Positions 47,720-57,300 of a stretch of 64,000 nt of DNA are shown here, piece by piece. The position numbers and the translations under genes are program-made. The stretch is from NCBI GenBank assembly GCA_944371605.1, contig CALVXU010000019.1:20832-84831 (forward strand). The letters are read 5' to 3'. Origin of the DNA: an uncultured Bacilli bacterium (lineage in GTDB: Bacteria; Bacillota_I; Bacilli_A; RFN20; CAG-288). Within the stretch, counting starts at the first letter, position 1. Every line of letters begins with the position of its first letter. The notes beneath the pieces were generated by a model. That model did not search any database, was not told the origin of the DNA, and saw only the letters and a program-made list of their open reading frames with translations.

Positions 47720-49087
47720 TTAATCTGTCTTTTTAATTTTAGAAGTCAAAGTATCTATGGCGTTTTTTAAATTTGAATCATCTTGTAGACCATCAACGAT
47801 CGTTTGAACATTTGACATAACAGTGGTGTGATCCTTACCGAACTCTCTTCCAATCACTTGATATGGTAAAGATAAAAGCGAACGGCATAAGTACATGGCT
47901 ATTTTTCTCGCGTAGGCGATTTGAGAAGTCCTGACTTTACTCTTCAATTGTGATTCTGTCAATGAATAGTGTTCAGCGACAGTTTTGATGATTTTTCCCA
48001 TATCGATTTTACCGCTATTGGCTCTTTTTCTTTCATCATCTTCAAAAACATTCTTAGCAAATTTCAGCGTGACTTTGCCATCGGGCTTATGAACAGTCAC
48101 AGCAAATAATAATTTAGTAAAGGCACCTTCTAGCTCACGGACATTGCGACTATAATTGAGTGCTAAATATTCTAAGACATCATTATCAAAGAAATCTAAA
48201 GGTAAAGAATTAACTTTGATTTTGAGCTTTAATATCTCAATCAAAGTGCTTTTATCAGGACAAGATATTTGAATTGATAAACCACCCGAAAATCTAGAAA
48301 CTAATCTATCTTGTAATCCTTTTAATTCGCTAGGAGACCTATCAGAAGTCAAGATGATCTGCTTATGTTGGCTGACCAAGAGATTGAACACGTTAAAAAA
48401 CATGATTTGAGTATCTTCTTTACCAGCTAAAAACTGAATATCATCCACCATCAAGATATCGACAGTATTAAAAAAATCTTTTAAATTTTCGCTGTCTTTA
48501 TTCCCTTTGATAAAACGAACAAATTCAGATATGAAATCATCTGTCGTGATGTATAAAACCTTGCTATTAGGATATTTTATTTTGTATTCGTTTCCGATCG
48601 CATTGAGCAAATGGGTTTTACCTAAGCCAGATTTAGAATATAAAAATATCGGGTTGTTAGCACCTGGGTTAGAAATCGCAAACAAAGAGGCTACATAAGC
48701 ATCTCGATTAGATGGGCCAGTGACAAAATTATCAAAAGAATATTGGGACTGGAGATAAGAGTTTTTAAAGAATTTTGTTTCGACCTGTTCGACCGCTTGT
48801 CTCTTTCGCGAGTAGCTGACTTTATCGACTATTTCAATCTCATAATGAGTTTCAGCGATAGCATCTAGCTCTTTGCTGAGCAATGTTAAATAAGTTGTTT
48901 TGATGATGGTAGCAACGGCTGATGACTCAGCGACAAACACCGCTTTGTTATTATCTAAGCTTTTTAATTCAAAGATATCTTCATCGAAAAGATTTTCAAA
49001 AAGGCGAGGAGCAATCGCCATAGAGAGACGTTCGAGTAATTTTTTATAGATATTTGCTATCTGTCGATCTTTAGAAGTTTCAGGCAT
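47720..49087 (-). CDS. dnaA: chromosomal replication initiator DnaA
   Basis: AAA+ Walker A GLGKTHLLNAIGNEY, VDDIQFLAGKE, and a C-terminal DnaA-box-binding domain (IAMYLCRSLLSLPYQVIGREFG..DHTTV). 455 aa. Confidence 0.95.
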   Translation of the reverse strand: MPETSKDRQIANIYKKLLERLSMAIAPRLFENLFDEDIFELKSLDNNKAVFVAESSAVATIIKTTYLTLLSKELDAIAETHYEIEIVDKVSYSRKRQAVEQVETKFFKNSYLQSQYSFDNFVTGPSNRDAYVASLFAISNPGANNPIFLYSKSGLGKTHLLNAIGNEYKIKYPNSKVLYITTDDFISEFVRFIKGNKDSENLKDFFNTVDILMVDDIQFLAGKEDTQIMFFNVFNLLVSQHKQIILTSDRSPSELKGLQDRLVSRFSGGLSIQISCPDKSTLIEILKLKIKVNSLPLDFFDNDVLEYLALNYSRNVRELEGAFTKLLFAVTVHKPDGKVTLKFAKNVFEDDERKRANSGKIDMGKIIKTVAEHYSLTESQLKSKVRTSQIAYARKIAMYLCRSLLSLPYQVIGREFGKDHTTVMSNVQTIVDGLQDDSNLKNAIDTLTSKIKKTD

Positions 49088-49166
49088 GATTCACCTCGTG
49101 TTAAAGCAAAAAAGATTATATAACAAAATATCTGTGAACAAAGCTATAAATTTATGGTTGAAAAAG

Positions 49167-49454
49167 TTATCCACCAAAACAATTCGGTCGTTTTCTTCTT
49201 ATATTCAGTGATAAAAAAAGAGTTATCCACCGTGATGTGATTGTGGATAACTTGTGGATAAAGTGTCGGAGGATAAATGAATTGTGGATAAGTGGATAAC
49301 AATCCACAAAACAGATAGTTATCAACAATAAGAAAAGTAAGTATTTATCGTAAAAAACAAAGAAACTAACCGAAATAAATATTCGTTATCCACTATATGT
49401 GTATTGTGTCTAAAATTGTGGATAAGATGTGGATAACTAGCATTATTATCCACA
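49167..49454. promoter_or_regulatory. oriC segment upstream of dnaA: dense DnaA-box cluster
   Basis: At least nine TTATCCACA-type 9-mers in both orientations. Perfect or one-mismatch copies lie near 49167, 49224, 49242, 49253, 49283, 49291, 49386, 49417, 49428 and 49446. The first gene to the right starts at 49698. Confidence 0.9.
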
Positions 49455-49697
49455 ATTAATAAAAACATCAAAAAAAACTTAATAACATATTGACAAGATT
49501 TTAGATGATAGTAAAAATAACCGCCTAGAAGACTAATATCTTTAGAATAAAAACATCGGTGGAAAACATTAAATGATATTTGATTTTTAATACATATGTT
49601 TCACATTGATCAAATCATCGTATGAGCTATCATAGTAATATTTGCGATATCAATATCATATATATATAATTTTCTTATCTTTTTTTGAGGTTAAAAT

Positions 49698-50729
49698 ATG
49701 GAAGAAAAAAACAGCGATGAAAAAGAAGTGTTTGTTCAAGCAGATAAGAGTCCATTAGATAAATATACTAGCAAAGGTTGGGTGAAGAGTTTTATCTTCG
49801 GCATCTTTTTAGGTCTAGCGATTGTTGTCCCTGGAATCTCAGGAGCAGCTGTCGCTATCATCTTTAAACTTTATGATAAGCTGATTTATGCTTTTGCTAA
49901 TATTCTGAAACAATTTAAAGCTTGTTTTGCTTTTTTATTACCGATTGTCTTGGGATTGATCATCGGTTTTTTGGTCGGATTTTTAGCAGTTCAACAACTC
50001 ATCTCTTTAGTCCCATTCGGTATGATTTGTTTTTTTGCTGGTTTGATGATCGGTGCTTTGCCAAGCGTCTTTTGTGAAGTCAAAACAGCCAAAATTGATG
50101 GTAAGACAATCGCTTTATTTGTAGGTGGAATATTAATCCCAATCATCATCGGATTAATATCAGTTTTGTTAGAAGATAATCCTACTGGCTATTATGGAGT
50201 CCAACTTGGAGAAGAGGTTAACACTGATAGTGGTGCTATCGCAGAGAGTTTGTTCGGTGATTTCCCTTGGTGGACATATGTAGCTAGCATACCTATCGGT
50301 TTCATGTTGGGATTCACCCAAGTTTTGCCAGGCCTCAGCGCTACAGCCTTTTTGATGATGATCGGGTATTTCAGACCTCTAGTTGATACAGTTCATTTTT
50401 CATATTTTGCCAAATATCCACAAATTTTTGCCATTTATGTTTTGATGGTCATCGGTTTGATCGCTGGTTTTATTGTCACCTCTAAAATATTAGATAAGCT
50501 GTTCAAATGGAACAGATTAGCAGTTTATAAAGTTATTGTAGGTATGTCGGTCGGTTCCATTATCGGTATGTTTTTAAATCCAGATGCTTATGGCATCTAT
50601 CTCAGTTGGGGACAAGGATTCGGCAGCACCTCTATGATCATCGATGTCTCTATAGCCGCTCCGCTATTTGTCATCGGTGGATTAGGAGCTTATCTTTTAG
50701 TCAGATACGGGAACAAACATCAAGCTTAA
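49698..50729 (+). CDS. DUF368-family polytopic membrane protein (PopT-like, candidate undecaprenyl-phosphate translocase)
   Basis: Two copies of the DUF368 motif (VPGISGAAVAIIFKLYDKL and LPGLSATAFLMMIGYF). About 8 TM helices. Confidence 0.7.
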   Translation: MEEKNSDEKEVFVQADKSPLDKYTSKGWVKSFIFGIFLGLAIVVPGISGAAVAIIFKLYDKLIYAFANILKQFKACFAFLLPIVLGLIIGFLVGFLAVQQLISLVPFGMICFFAGLMIGALPSVFCEVKTAKIDGKTIALFVGGILIPIIIGLISVLLEDNPTGYYGVQLGEEVNTDSGAIAESLFGDFPWWTYVASIPIGFMLGFTQVLPGLSATAFLMMIGYFRPLVDTVHFSYFAKYPQIFAIYVLMVIGLIAGFIVTSKILDKLFKWNRLAVYKVIVGMSVGSIIGMFLNPDAYGIYLSWGQGFGSTSMIIDVSIAAPLFVIGGLGAYLLVRYGNKHQA

Positions 50730-50884
50730 TATTTTTGCTGATTGTAATCATTAATCGCCGCAATAAAAAAGCAGCTGCTTTTGTTGATTAGATATCATCT
50801 AAACCTGTTGATTTTTATGATGGATTTTAAAACAGGAATAAAGATGATAAAAATTCAATAGAACAGCTGCTAAAAATATCTTTA

Positions 50885-51388
50885 TTATAGTTCGGTATTA
50901 GAGTGTGGTTTGGAGATTAAGCTATATAAGAAATTGGTTAATGTTTCACAATTGATGTTATCGGATGATAAGAATTTTATCATTTGATTTGTTAACATTT
51001 CGGCATAAGCTTGCATCATTTCTTTTTTGGTTTCGTTAGAGGGATAATATTTTCCTAAATTTTCTGCAAGAAAATTGATGTTTTTCTTTTTAGGGGAGTT
51101 ATGATCAACAGAATTGAAAGAATTGACTAAAGATTTTCGGTATTTAAAACATAAAGAGACATAACTGTCTAAAAAAGCTTTTAAACTCTTTTCCTCAGGT
51201 ATTTTAGAAAAGATAAAACTTTCTAAAGCTGAATTGAACAGATCATATTTATCGATGAAATACTTATAAAAAGTTTTTTTACAAATACCAGATGTCGATA
51301 GTATCTGCGTGACAAAAACATGATCGATATTATTCGCTTCGGTCAAATTAAAAATGGTCTGTTGTAAATATTCTTTAACTTTCATCAA
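50885..51388 (-). CDS. TetR/AcrR-like transcriptional regulator (167 aa)
   Basis: N-terminal ..ANNIDHVFVTQILSTSGICKKTFYKYFIDKYDLF resembles the TetR HTH (..T...IA...G.S.GT.Y.YF..K..L). The start overlaps the stop of the GH5 gene (operonic). Confidence 0.55.
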   Translation of the reverse strand: MMKVKEYLQQTIFNLTEANNIDHVFVTQILSTSGICKKTFYKYFIDKYDLFNSALESFIFSKIPEEKSLKAFLDSYVSLCFKYRKSLVNSFNSVDHNSPKKKNINFLAENLGKYYPSNETKKEMMQAYAEMLTNQMIKFLSSDNINCETLTNFLYSLISKPHSNTEL

Positions 51389-53058
51389 TCTATTTCCTCA
51401 AAGTTGATCAATAAAGCATTTTCGCCCGTGATATCATCAGCGTTGACTTGATCGCTATATGATAGATAACGGCCAGCGTTATAAGAGCTTAAAACATAAG
51501 CGTCGCCGCGTTTATAAATGTAGAATTTTTCCCAAGTAGAAGCTGAGGTTGATGAGTTGTCGATAGGATTACTATTATCGCCTGTATTACAGCGCCAATA
51601 TTTGCCTTCATTAGTTCTTATCGAATATGTCCCATCATCGTTATAGATGAGAGAAAACACTTCAGCATCAGGATTAACAGTCAGTTTTCCATCGTTAAAA
51701 AACAGATAACCATCATCTGTAGTGATTCGGCAATTCATATTTTCTAGATAATCAACAGGTGCAGATAATTTTTCTTGGGTGACACTATCTTTCATAACAT
51801 CAAATAGTGTCTTTCCTGAATTGAATTTATGAAGCGTTGCTTTTGATGTGTCGACACCGCTCATCTTCTCTCTGATTGTGTCGATATCATCAAGAGTTGG
51901 TTCGATTTTTTCAGGTGATAAGTTATATATTCCCCAAGCGCTAGAGCCATCGATTTTATATGTCCAAGAAGTATAATGCCAACCCTCTTCGTTATATCTT
52001 CGCATGACATAATTCCAAGTTTCTTCGTCTTCATAGCAATTGAATTCACCCATATAATTCGGGACTTTATAATCAGCTTTTTTAGCACCGCTAAATTTGC
52101 TGTTATAAGATGGGGCTTGTTGGGTTATCGCTGTTCCAGAAGAAGTTCCAGCATAGTTGTGATAAGAATACATGCAATTTTCCCAACCATAAGTGCTCGG
52201 GTCAGGGAGATTGACTGCATCCCAACAACTTTCAAAGATGACGATTCTATCTTGGTCAACCTCACGAATCTTATCATAGATTCGATCAAAAACCTTCCAG
52301 TGTCTTTCACTGGTGGAACCGGCTAGTTCACCTGGTTCATTTAAAATATCAAAAGCGGCGATAGTAGGATCACCCAAGTAATGTTCTGTTAAAGCTTCCC
52401 ACAAATCGATAGTCTTTCCTATCTTTTCTTCATTAGTATAAAAATCGATATCTTCGATATTATCGATTATTTGACCGCTGTGGTCTTTTCCGTTTTGCGA
52501 ACCATATGCGCCATGCAAATCTAAGATAACATAAAGATTATGTTCTCTAGCTAAATCGACAAAATCATCTAATTGGGTGAAGTCGTATTCACCATCGATG
52601 TCGACATTCATATAAGTGAAAGGAAGACGAATGACATTCATCCCCATATCAGCGATGTTTTGAAAATCGACTTCTTTCCAAAAATATGAGCGGTATAAAG
52701 CCCATAGCTCTTGCATTGTTTGATAGCCAAAACGATCGGTGAAAATATCACTGATACGCTTGTGATCTAAATAAGGTCCTACTTGATTAGTAAACGGAGC
52801 CATCCATTGCTCGATGAGTAAATAGTCACCGGCATTAATACCTCGCAAATAGACGGTTTCTCCAGTCCCTGATTGGTTTTTGACTAATTCGCCATCGACT
52901 TTTAAATAATCTTCATCAGTGATAACACCATCTTCACTCGGTTTTAAAGAGTTTGAACCATTTGTGCTTGTGGGGGGGGTGGAAATAGAATTGGAAATCG
53001 TTGGATCACATGATGTTAATAGAAGTGGTAATACAATCCATAAAAATTTTTTCTTCAT
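51385..53058 (-). CDS. glycoside hydrolase family 5 lipoprotein (exo/endo-beta-glucanase-like) with C-terminal beta-trefoil-like domain
   Basis: MKKKFLWIVLPLLLTSC lipobox. VIRLPFTYMN and ILNEPGE (catalytic acid NEP motif) match GH5. The C-terminal ~130 aa carry ricin/fascin-like repeats (YSIRTNEGKYWRCN, YVLSSYNAGRYLSYS). Confidence 0.8.
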   Translation of the reverse strand: MKKKFLWIVLPLLLTSCDPTISNSISTPPTSTNGSNSLKPSEDGVITDEDYLKVDGELVKNQSGTGETVYLRGINAGDYLLIEQWMAPFTNQVGPYLDHKRISDIFTDRFGYQTMQELWALYRSYFWKEVDFQNIADMGMNVIRLPFTYMNVDIDGEYDFTQLDDFVDLAREHNLYVILDLHGAYGSQNGKDHSGQIIDNIEDIDFYTNEEKIGKTIDLWEALTEHYLGDPTIAAFDILNEPGELAGSTSERHWKVFDRIYDKIREVDQDRIVIFESCWDAVNLPDPSTYGWENCMYSYHNYAGTSSGTAITQQAPSYNSKFSGAKKADYKVPNYMGEFNCYEDEETWNYVMRRYNEEGWHYTSWTYKIDGSSAWGIYNLSPEKIEPTLDDIDTIREKMSGVDTSKATLHKFNSGKTLFDVMKDSVTQEKLSAPVDYLENMNCRITTDDGYLFFNDGKLTVNPDAEVFSLIYNDDGTYSIRTNEGKYWRCNTGDNSNPIDNSSTSASTWEKFYIYKRGDAYVLSSYNAGRYLSYSDQVNADDITGENALLINFEEID

Positions 53059-53228
53059 AATTCTTCAATACTCATTTCCCTTTTTATAGTGATAAATCGA
53101 CATTTATATTTTAAAGAAAAATATATTTATTAGATATCAAAATATCACTATCAAAAATATTTAAATAAGTTAACGCTTACTTGTTAATACACGATAACAC
53201 AAGTTAAGAATTTAGATACATAACTTAT

Positions 53229-53819
53229 TTATTGTTTGTTGATTTGAGGGTTGTATTTTTTAACAGCATCGATAAATTTTTTTCTACGAGTTTGTGAGAT
53301 GACCAAGTTTTTCCCATTGACATCAACAAGATAACCATCGATTTTTTTAACATAGTTTAAATTTACTAAATAGCAATAATTACATCTGACAAAGCGTTTA
53401 TCATCAAGATTTCTCTCGACTTGTTTAAGTGAACCAGTGGCGTTTATAATCTCACCATTAGATAAAAAGAAATATAATTTATGTCTCATAATTTCCACAT
53501 AAGCGATATTAGTTTTAAGGATAGTTTTTATACCTTTTTTATTTTTAATAGTAAAAGTTAGTTGTTCTGATTGAAAATTAGATGATTGATCATTTAATTC
53601 TTTGAGGTTGACGGATTTGATCGTAAAACAATTTAAATTATCAGGAGAAAACTCTTTGCTGCAAGCAGAAAGTATTAAAAAATTAAGCCCTTCATCAACT
53701 TCACATTTATTTTTACCATAATAAAAATTAGCGCCTTTAGGGAAGAGAGGGGTCAAATAAGTTTTAATTTTATTAAAATGTTTTTTTGATGAAATAATAT
53801 ATATATTTATTTTAGACAT
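53229..53819 (-). CDS. LytTR DNA-binding domain protein lacking a receiver domain (196 aa)
   Basis: The C-terminal IAYVEIMRHKLYFFLSNGEIINATGSLKQVERNLDDKRFVRCNYCYLVNLNYVKKI...ISQTRRKKF matches the LytTR domain (F.R.HRSYIVN..I). The N-terminal ~100 aa are unassigned. Confidence 0.7.
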   Translation of the reverse strand: MSKINIYIISSKKHFNKIKTYLTPLFPKGANFYYGKNKCEVDEGLNFLILSACSKEFSPDNLNCFTIKSVNLKELNDQSSNFQSEQLTFTIKNKKGIKTILKTNIAYVEIMRHKLYFFLSNGEIINATGSLKQVERNLDDKRFVRCNYCYLVNLNYVKKIDGYLVDVNGKNLVISQTRRKKFIDAVKKYNPQINKQ

Positions 53820-53985
53820 AACAATATTTTTGGTTATTTTAAAACGAAAAAGAAGATAAAATGTAAGCGCTTATAAAATATGTATGATTTATTCCACTTT
53901 TTTAAAAAAGTGTCTCTTTAAAAGCGCTTATACAAGCAACTAAAATTTTCATGGTAAGAGTAGAACACTAAAAAGGAGCTTTAGT

Positions 53986-56900
53986 ATGAAATTAAAAAAA
54001 GTTCTATCAATCGTAGGCATCTCTGCGATTATGGCAGTGGTTCTAGCTGTTAATATCGCCTGTGGTATTTTGGCTGATCAGATAAATACTTGGGTGGTTG
54101 GTGTCGATGTTCAAGTTGATAAAGACACTTTGACTAACACTGCTCAAGGAAACAAAGAGCTTGCCGAACAAGTCGTTAGAGAAGGATCTGTTTTAGTTCA
54201 AAACAATGATGATGTCATCCCTCTTGATAAAGATGTGGATACTAAAGTCAATGTTTTCGGATGGGCTAGCACCGCGTGGGTGATTGGCGGTTCTGGTTCT
54301 GGCCAAGTTAAAAACGCTGATGACAATACTTATAAAGCAGATACTGACTTCTTACAAGCTCTTGAGGACTATGGTATTGAGTACAATACTGAACTCACAG
54401 ATATGTATCGTGATTTCAAATCCGAAAGAGACTATGCTGGAAGTGGGTCTTTGCATTCGAGCGCAGCTCAATTCACACGTTTATTCGAACCGAGCATCAG
54501 TGATACCAACTATTATAGCGATGAGATATTAGCTAATGCTGAAAACTTCTCTGATACTGCTATCGTTGTATTAGGAAGAACTGGCGGTGAAAGTAACGAT
54601 GAACCGAGAATTCAATACAAGCAAACAGAGAAGAATGGTGGTATTGACCAAGATGATAGTAGAACATATCTTCAAATCTCTACTGAAGAAGAAGAGCTAT
54701 TAAGCTTTGTGGGTGCTAATTATGATAAGGTTGTCGTTTTAATCAATTCGACTAACGCCATGCAGCTCGACTTTTTGGAGACTATCGACGGCTTAGATGC
54801 TTGTTTTGTTGTCGGTGGAACTGGTGTTGATGGTGCATCAGCTATTCCGGAATTACTATATGGAGACATCGCTCCTAGCGGTAGACTTTCGGATACTTAT
54901 CCGTATGATCATGCCTCTAATCCTTCATTTGCTATTTCTGGTGAAGCTGGATCTGGAGCCTACACTAACGGACGTGGATTATATCCGTATGATGGAACAA
55001 CTTGTGGTAATTTTGCCTCACCTCAACCTTATACACAAGTCTCTTATATGGACTATGTAGAAGGTATCTATGTCGGTTATAGATATTACGAAACAGCAGA
55101 TGCTGAAGGCTATTTTGATGATGTTGATAACGAATATGGACAAGGCTATGATGGGGTTGTTCAATACCCGTTTGGATATGGCTTATCAACAACTACTTTC
55201 AGTCATGAAATCATGAATGTCAGCGTTCCTGAAAACACTGCACTGACAGCAGATAGTGAAATCACCATTTCTATCAATGTTAAAAACACTGGTGATATTC
55301 CAGGTATGGAAGTTGTCCAACTTTACTACACTCCAGAATATTATGCTGGTGGCATTGAAAAGAGTGCGATCAATTTAGCTGATTTTGCTAAAACTTCATT
55401 ATTGCAACCTGGTGAAGAAGCCGGTATCACTTTGACGATTAAAGCTAGAGATATGGCCTCTTACGATTATGATGATGCTAATCAAAATAATCATGAAGGC
55501 TATGAATTAGAGCACGGTTCATATCAATTGAAGTTGATGTCTAATTCTCATGAGGCTTTAACACTAAGCACTGAAAGTGGTGTCGGTTATAATAATCCGA
55601 CATTAAACTATACTGTTGCTGAAGACATCTTCTATGATACAGATGAATATTCAGGAAATGAAATCTATAATCATTTCACTGGTTCTTCTGCTGAAGATGG
55701 AATTTCTATCGATGGTTCTGGAACAGATCAAGATATCAACTACATGAGCAGAGTCGACTTCCCTGAAACATTCCCATACGAAAGACCTGAAGATAGAGCG
55801 ATGCCGGATAATGTTAAAGAGTTAAACTTATTCACTAGTGAACAAGCTAATGCTTGGGTTTCTGATAATAGCGATGTTGAAATGCCGACTACAAGCTCTG
55901 GCGGAGATGTTAAAATTTGGGATTCTTCAGCTAACACTTATACAGCTGAAGGTGAAATATTAGCCCAACCTGAAAACTTTGATGATCCGCTTTGGGATAC
56001 TGTTCTAGATCAAGTTTCAATCTCTGAGATGAGAAATCTCACTTTGCACGGCTATACTAAGACAGCTGCTATCGCTTCAATCGGTAAACCTGCGACTCGT
56101 GATTTAGATGGACCTAATCAAGTCGGTTCCTTCGCAAGCACTAATAATGTTACAACTGGCTTCCCGATGGAAACAGTCGTCGCACAAACCTTCAATAAAC
56201 AATTAGCTTTTGAAGTCGGTACCGGTTTAGGTCGTGATGCCAATAATAATGGTATCAAAGGCTTATATGGGCCAGCAGCTAACATTCATCGTTCTGAATA
56301 TTGCGGTAGAAACTATGAATACTATTCTGAAGATCCGTATCTCTCTGGTATCATGGCTGCTAATACTATCAAAGGATTAAAGAATGCTGGTGTCTTCTGC
56401 TATATGAAACACTTTGTTCTTTATGAAGCTGAATCAAATAGAGATGGTATGTATACATGGTTGACTGAACAAGCTCTGAGAGAAATTTATCTTGAACCAT
56501 TCCATATTGCTATCAATGAAGGTGGTTTAACTGGATTGATGTCTTCTTATGGTAGAGTTGGCGCTGTTTGGAGTGGTGGTTCTTCAGCTTTGTTGACCGG
56601 ATTATTAAGAGATGAATGGGATTTCAAAGGCGCTGTTATCACTGACTATTCTGATCATCACCAATATATGGATGGAGATTTGATGATCGTTGCTGGTGGA
56701 GACTTATTCATGGATGGTTGGACTGATAATGGCTCATATGATTATTTTGGCAATAACCCAGCCCCGTTCGTTGATAAATTACGTTTAGCTACTAAACACA
56801 TCGTCTATATGTTCTTAAATGCTGAATATACTCGTTTGCACCCAGTTGAATCTTCTGTCATCCAAGAGACCTATATCACAACACCTAGATTCCCATGGTG

Positions 56901-57024
56901 GATTCCTGTGTTAGTCGCAGTTGATGTCATCGCGGTTGGTGGATGTGGTTTCTGGGCATTTACCTTAATCAGAGGCGACAAGAAGAAAAAGCAAGCCGAA
57001 GAAGCAGAACAAACACAAAACTAA
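53986..57024 (+). CDS. second domain-permuted GH3 glycosidase with N-terminal signal-anchor and C-terminal TM/K-rich anchor (1012 aa)
   Basis: Ribosome-binding site AAAGGAG at about 53971. Domain-2/FN3 motifs come first (SVLVQNNDDVIPL, YPFGYGLSTTTF, EVVQLYYTPE). Domain-1 motifs come second (GRNYEYYSEDPYL, KHFVLYEAESNR, REIYLEPFHIAI, GAVITDYSD). It ends WWIPVLVAVDVIAVGGCGFWAFTLIRGDKKKKQ. Confidence 0.85.
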   Translation: MKLKKVLSIVGISAIMAVVLAVNIACGILADQINTWVVGVDVQVDKDTLTNTAQGNKELAEQVVREGSVLVQNNDDVIPLDKDVDTKVNVFGWASTAWVIGGSGSGQVKNADDNTYKADTDFLQALEDYGIEYNTELTDMYRDFKSERDYAGSGSLHSSAAQFTRLFEPSISDTNYYSDEILANAENFSDTAIVVLGRTGGESNDEPRIQYKQTEKNGGIDQDDSRTYLQISTEEEELLSFVGANYDKVVVLINSTNAMQLDFLETIDGLDACFVVGGTGVDGASAIPELLYGDIAPSGRLSDTYPYDHASNPSFAISGEAGSGAYTNGRGLYPYDGTTCGNFASPQPYTQVSYMDYVEGIYVGYRYYETADAEGYFDDVDNEYGQGYDGVVQYPFGYGLSTTTFSHEIMNVSVPENTALTADSEITISINVKNTGDIPGMEVVQLYYTPEYYAGGIEKSAINLADFAKTSLLQPGEEAGITLTIKARDMASYDYDDANQNNHEGYELEHGSYQLKLMSNSHEALTLSTESGVGYNNPTLNYTVAEDIFYDTDEYSGNEIYNHFTGSSAEDGISIDGSGTDQDINYMSRVDFPETFPYERPEDRAMPDNVKELNLFTSEQANAWVSDNSDVEMPTTSSGGDVKIWDSSANTYTAEGEILAQPENFDDPLWDTVLDQVSISEMRNLTLHGYTKTAAIASIGKPATRDLDGPNQVGSFASTNNVTTGFPMETVVAQTFNKQLAFEVGTGLGRDANNNGIKGLYGPAANIHRSEYCGRNYEYYSEDPYLSGIMAANTIKGLKNAGVFCYMKHFVLYEAESNRDGMYTWLTEQALREIYLEPFHIAINEGGLTGLMSSYGRVGAVWSGGSSALLTGLLRDEWDFKGAVITDYSDHHQYMDGDLMIVAGGDLFMDGWTDNGSYDYFGNNPAPFVDKLRLATKHIVYMFLNAEYTRLHPVESSVIQETYITTPRFPWWIPVLVAVDVIAVGGCGFWAFTLIRGDKKKKQAEEAEQTQN

Positions 57025-57053
57025 ACTCTTCTAACACAAAAATTTGATAGATA

Positions 57054-57095
57054 AAAACTGTAGTTTTCGTTGAAGATGACTACAGTTTTTATTTG
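57054..57095 (+). terminator. rho-independent terminator after the second permuted GH3 gene
   Basis: AAAACTGTAGT..ACTACAGTTTTTATTT hairpin plus T-run. Confidence 0.7.
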
Positions 57096-57300
57096 ATAAA
57101 TGTTAGCGGTTTAAAATCATTGTAACTTTATAAAGCATGTTAATCTTATAGCTTTTATTTATTTATAACTTTATAAGTTATCCATTTATATTTAGAAGGT
57201 AAAATATTTACACTTTTAAACAATTTAGTGGATTGAAAGCGAAAATAATCAAATAAATAATAGAAAGGGGTTTCATAAAAACCCGAAAGGAGATTTTAAA

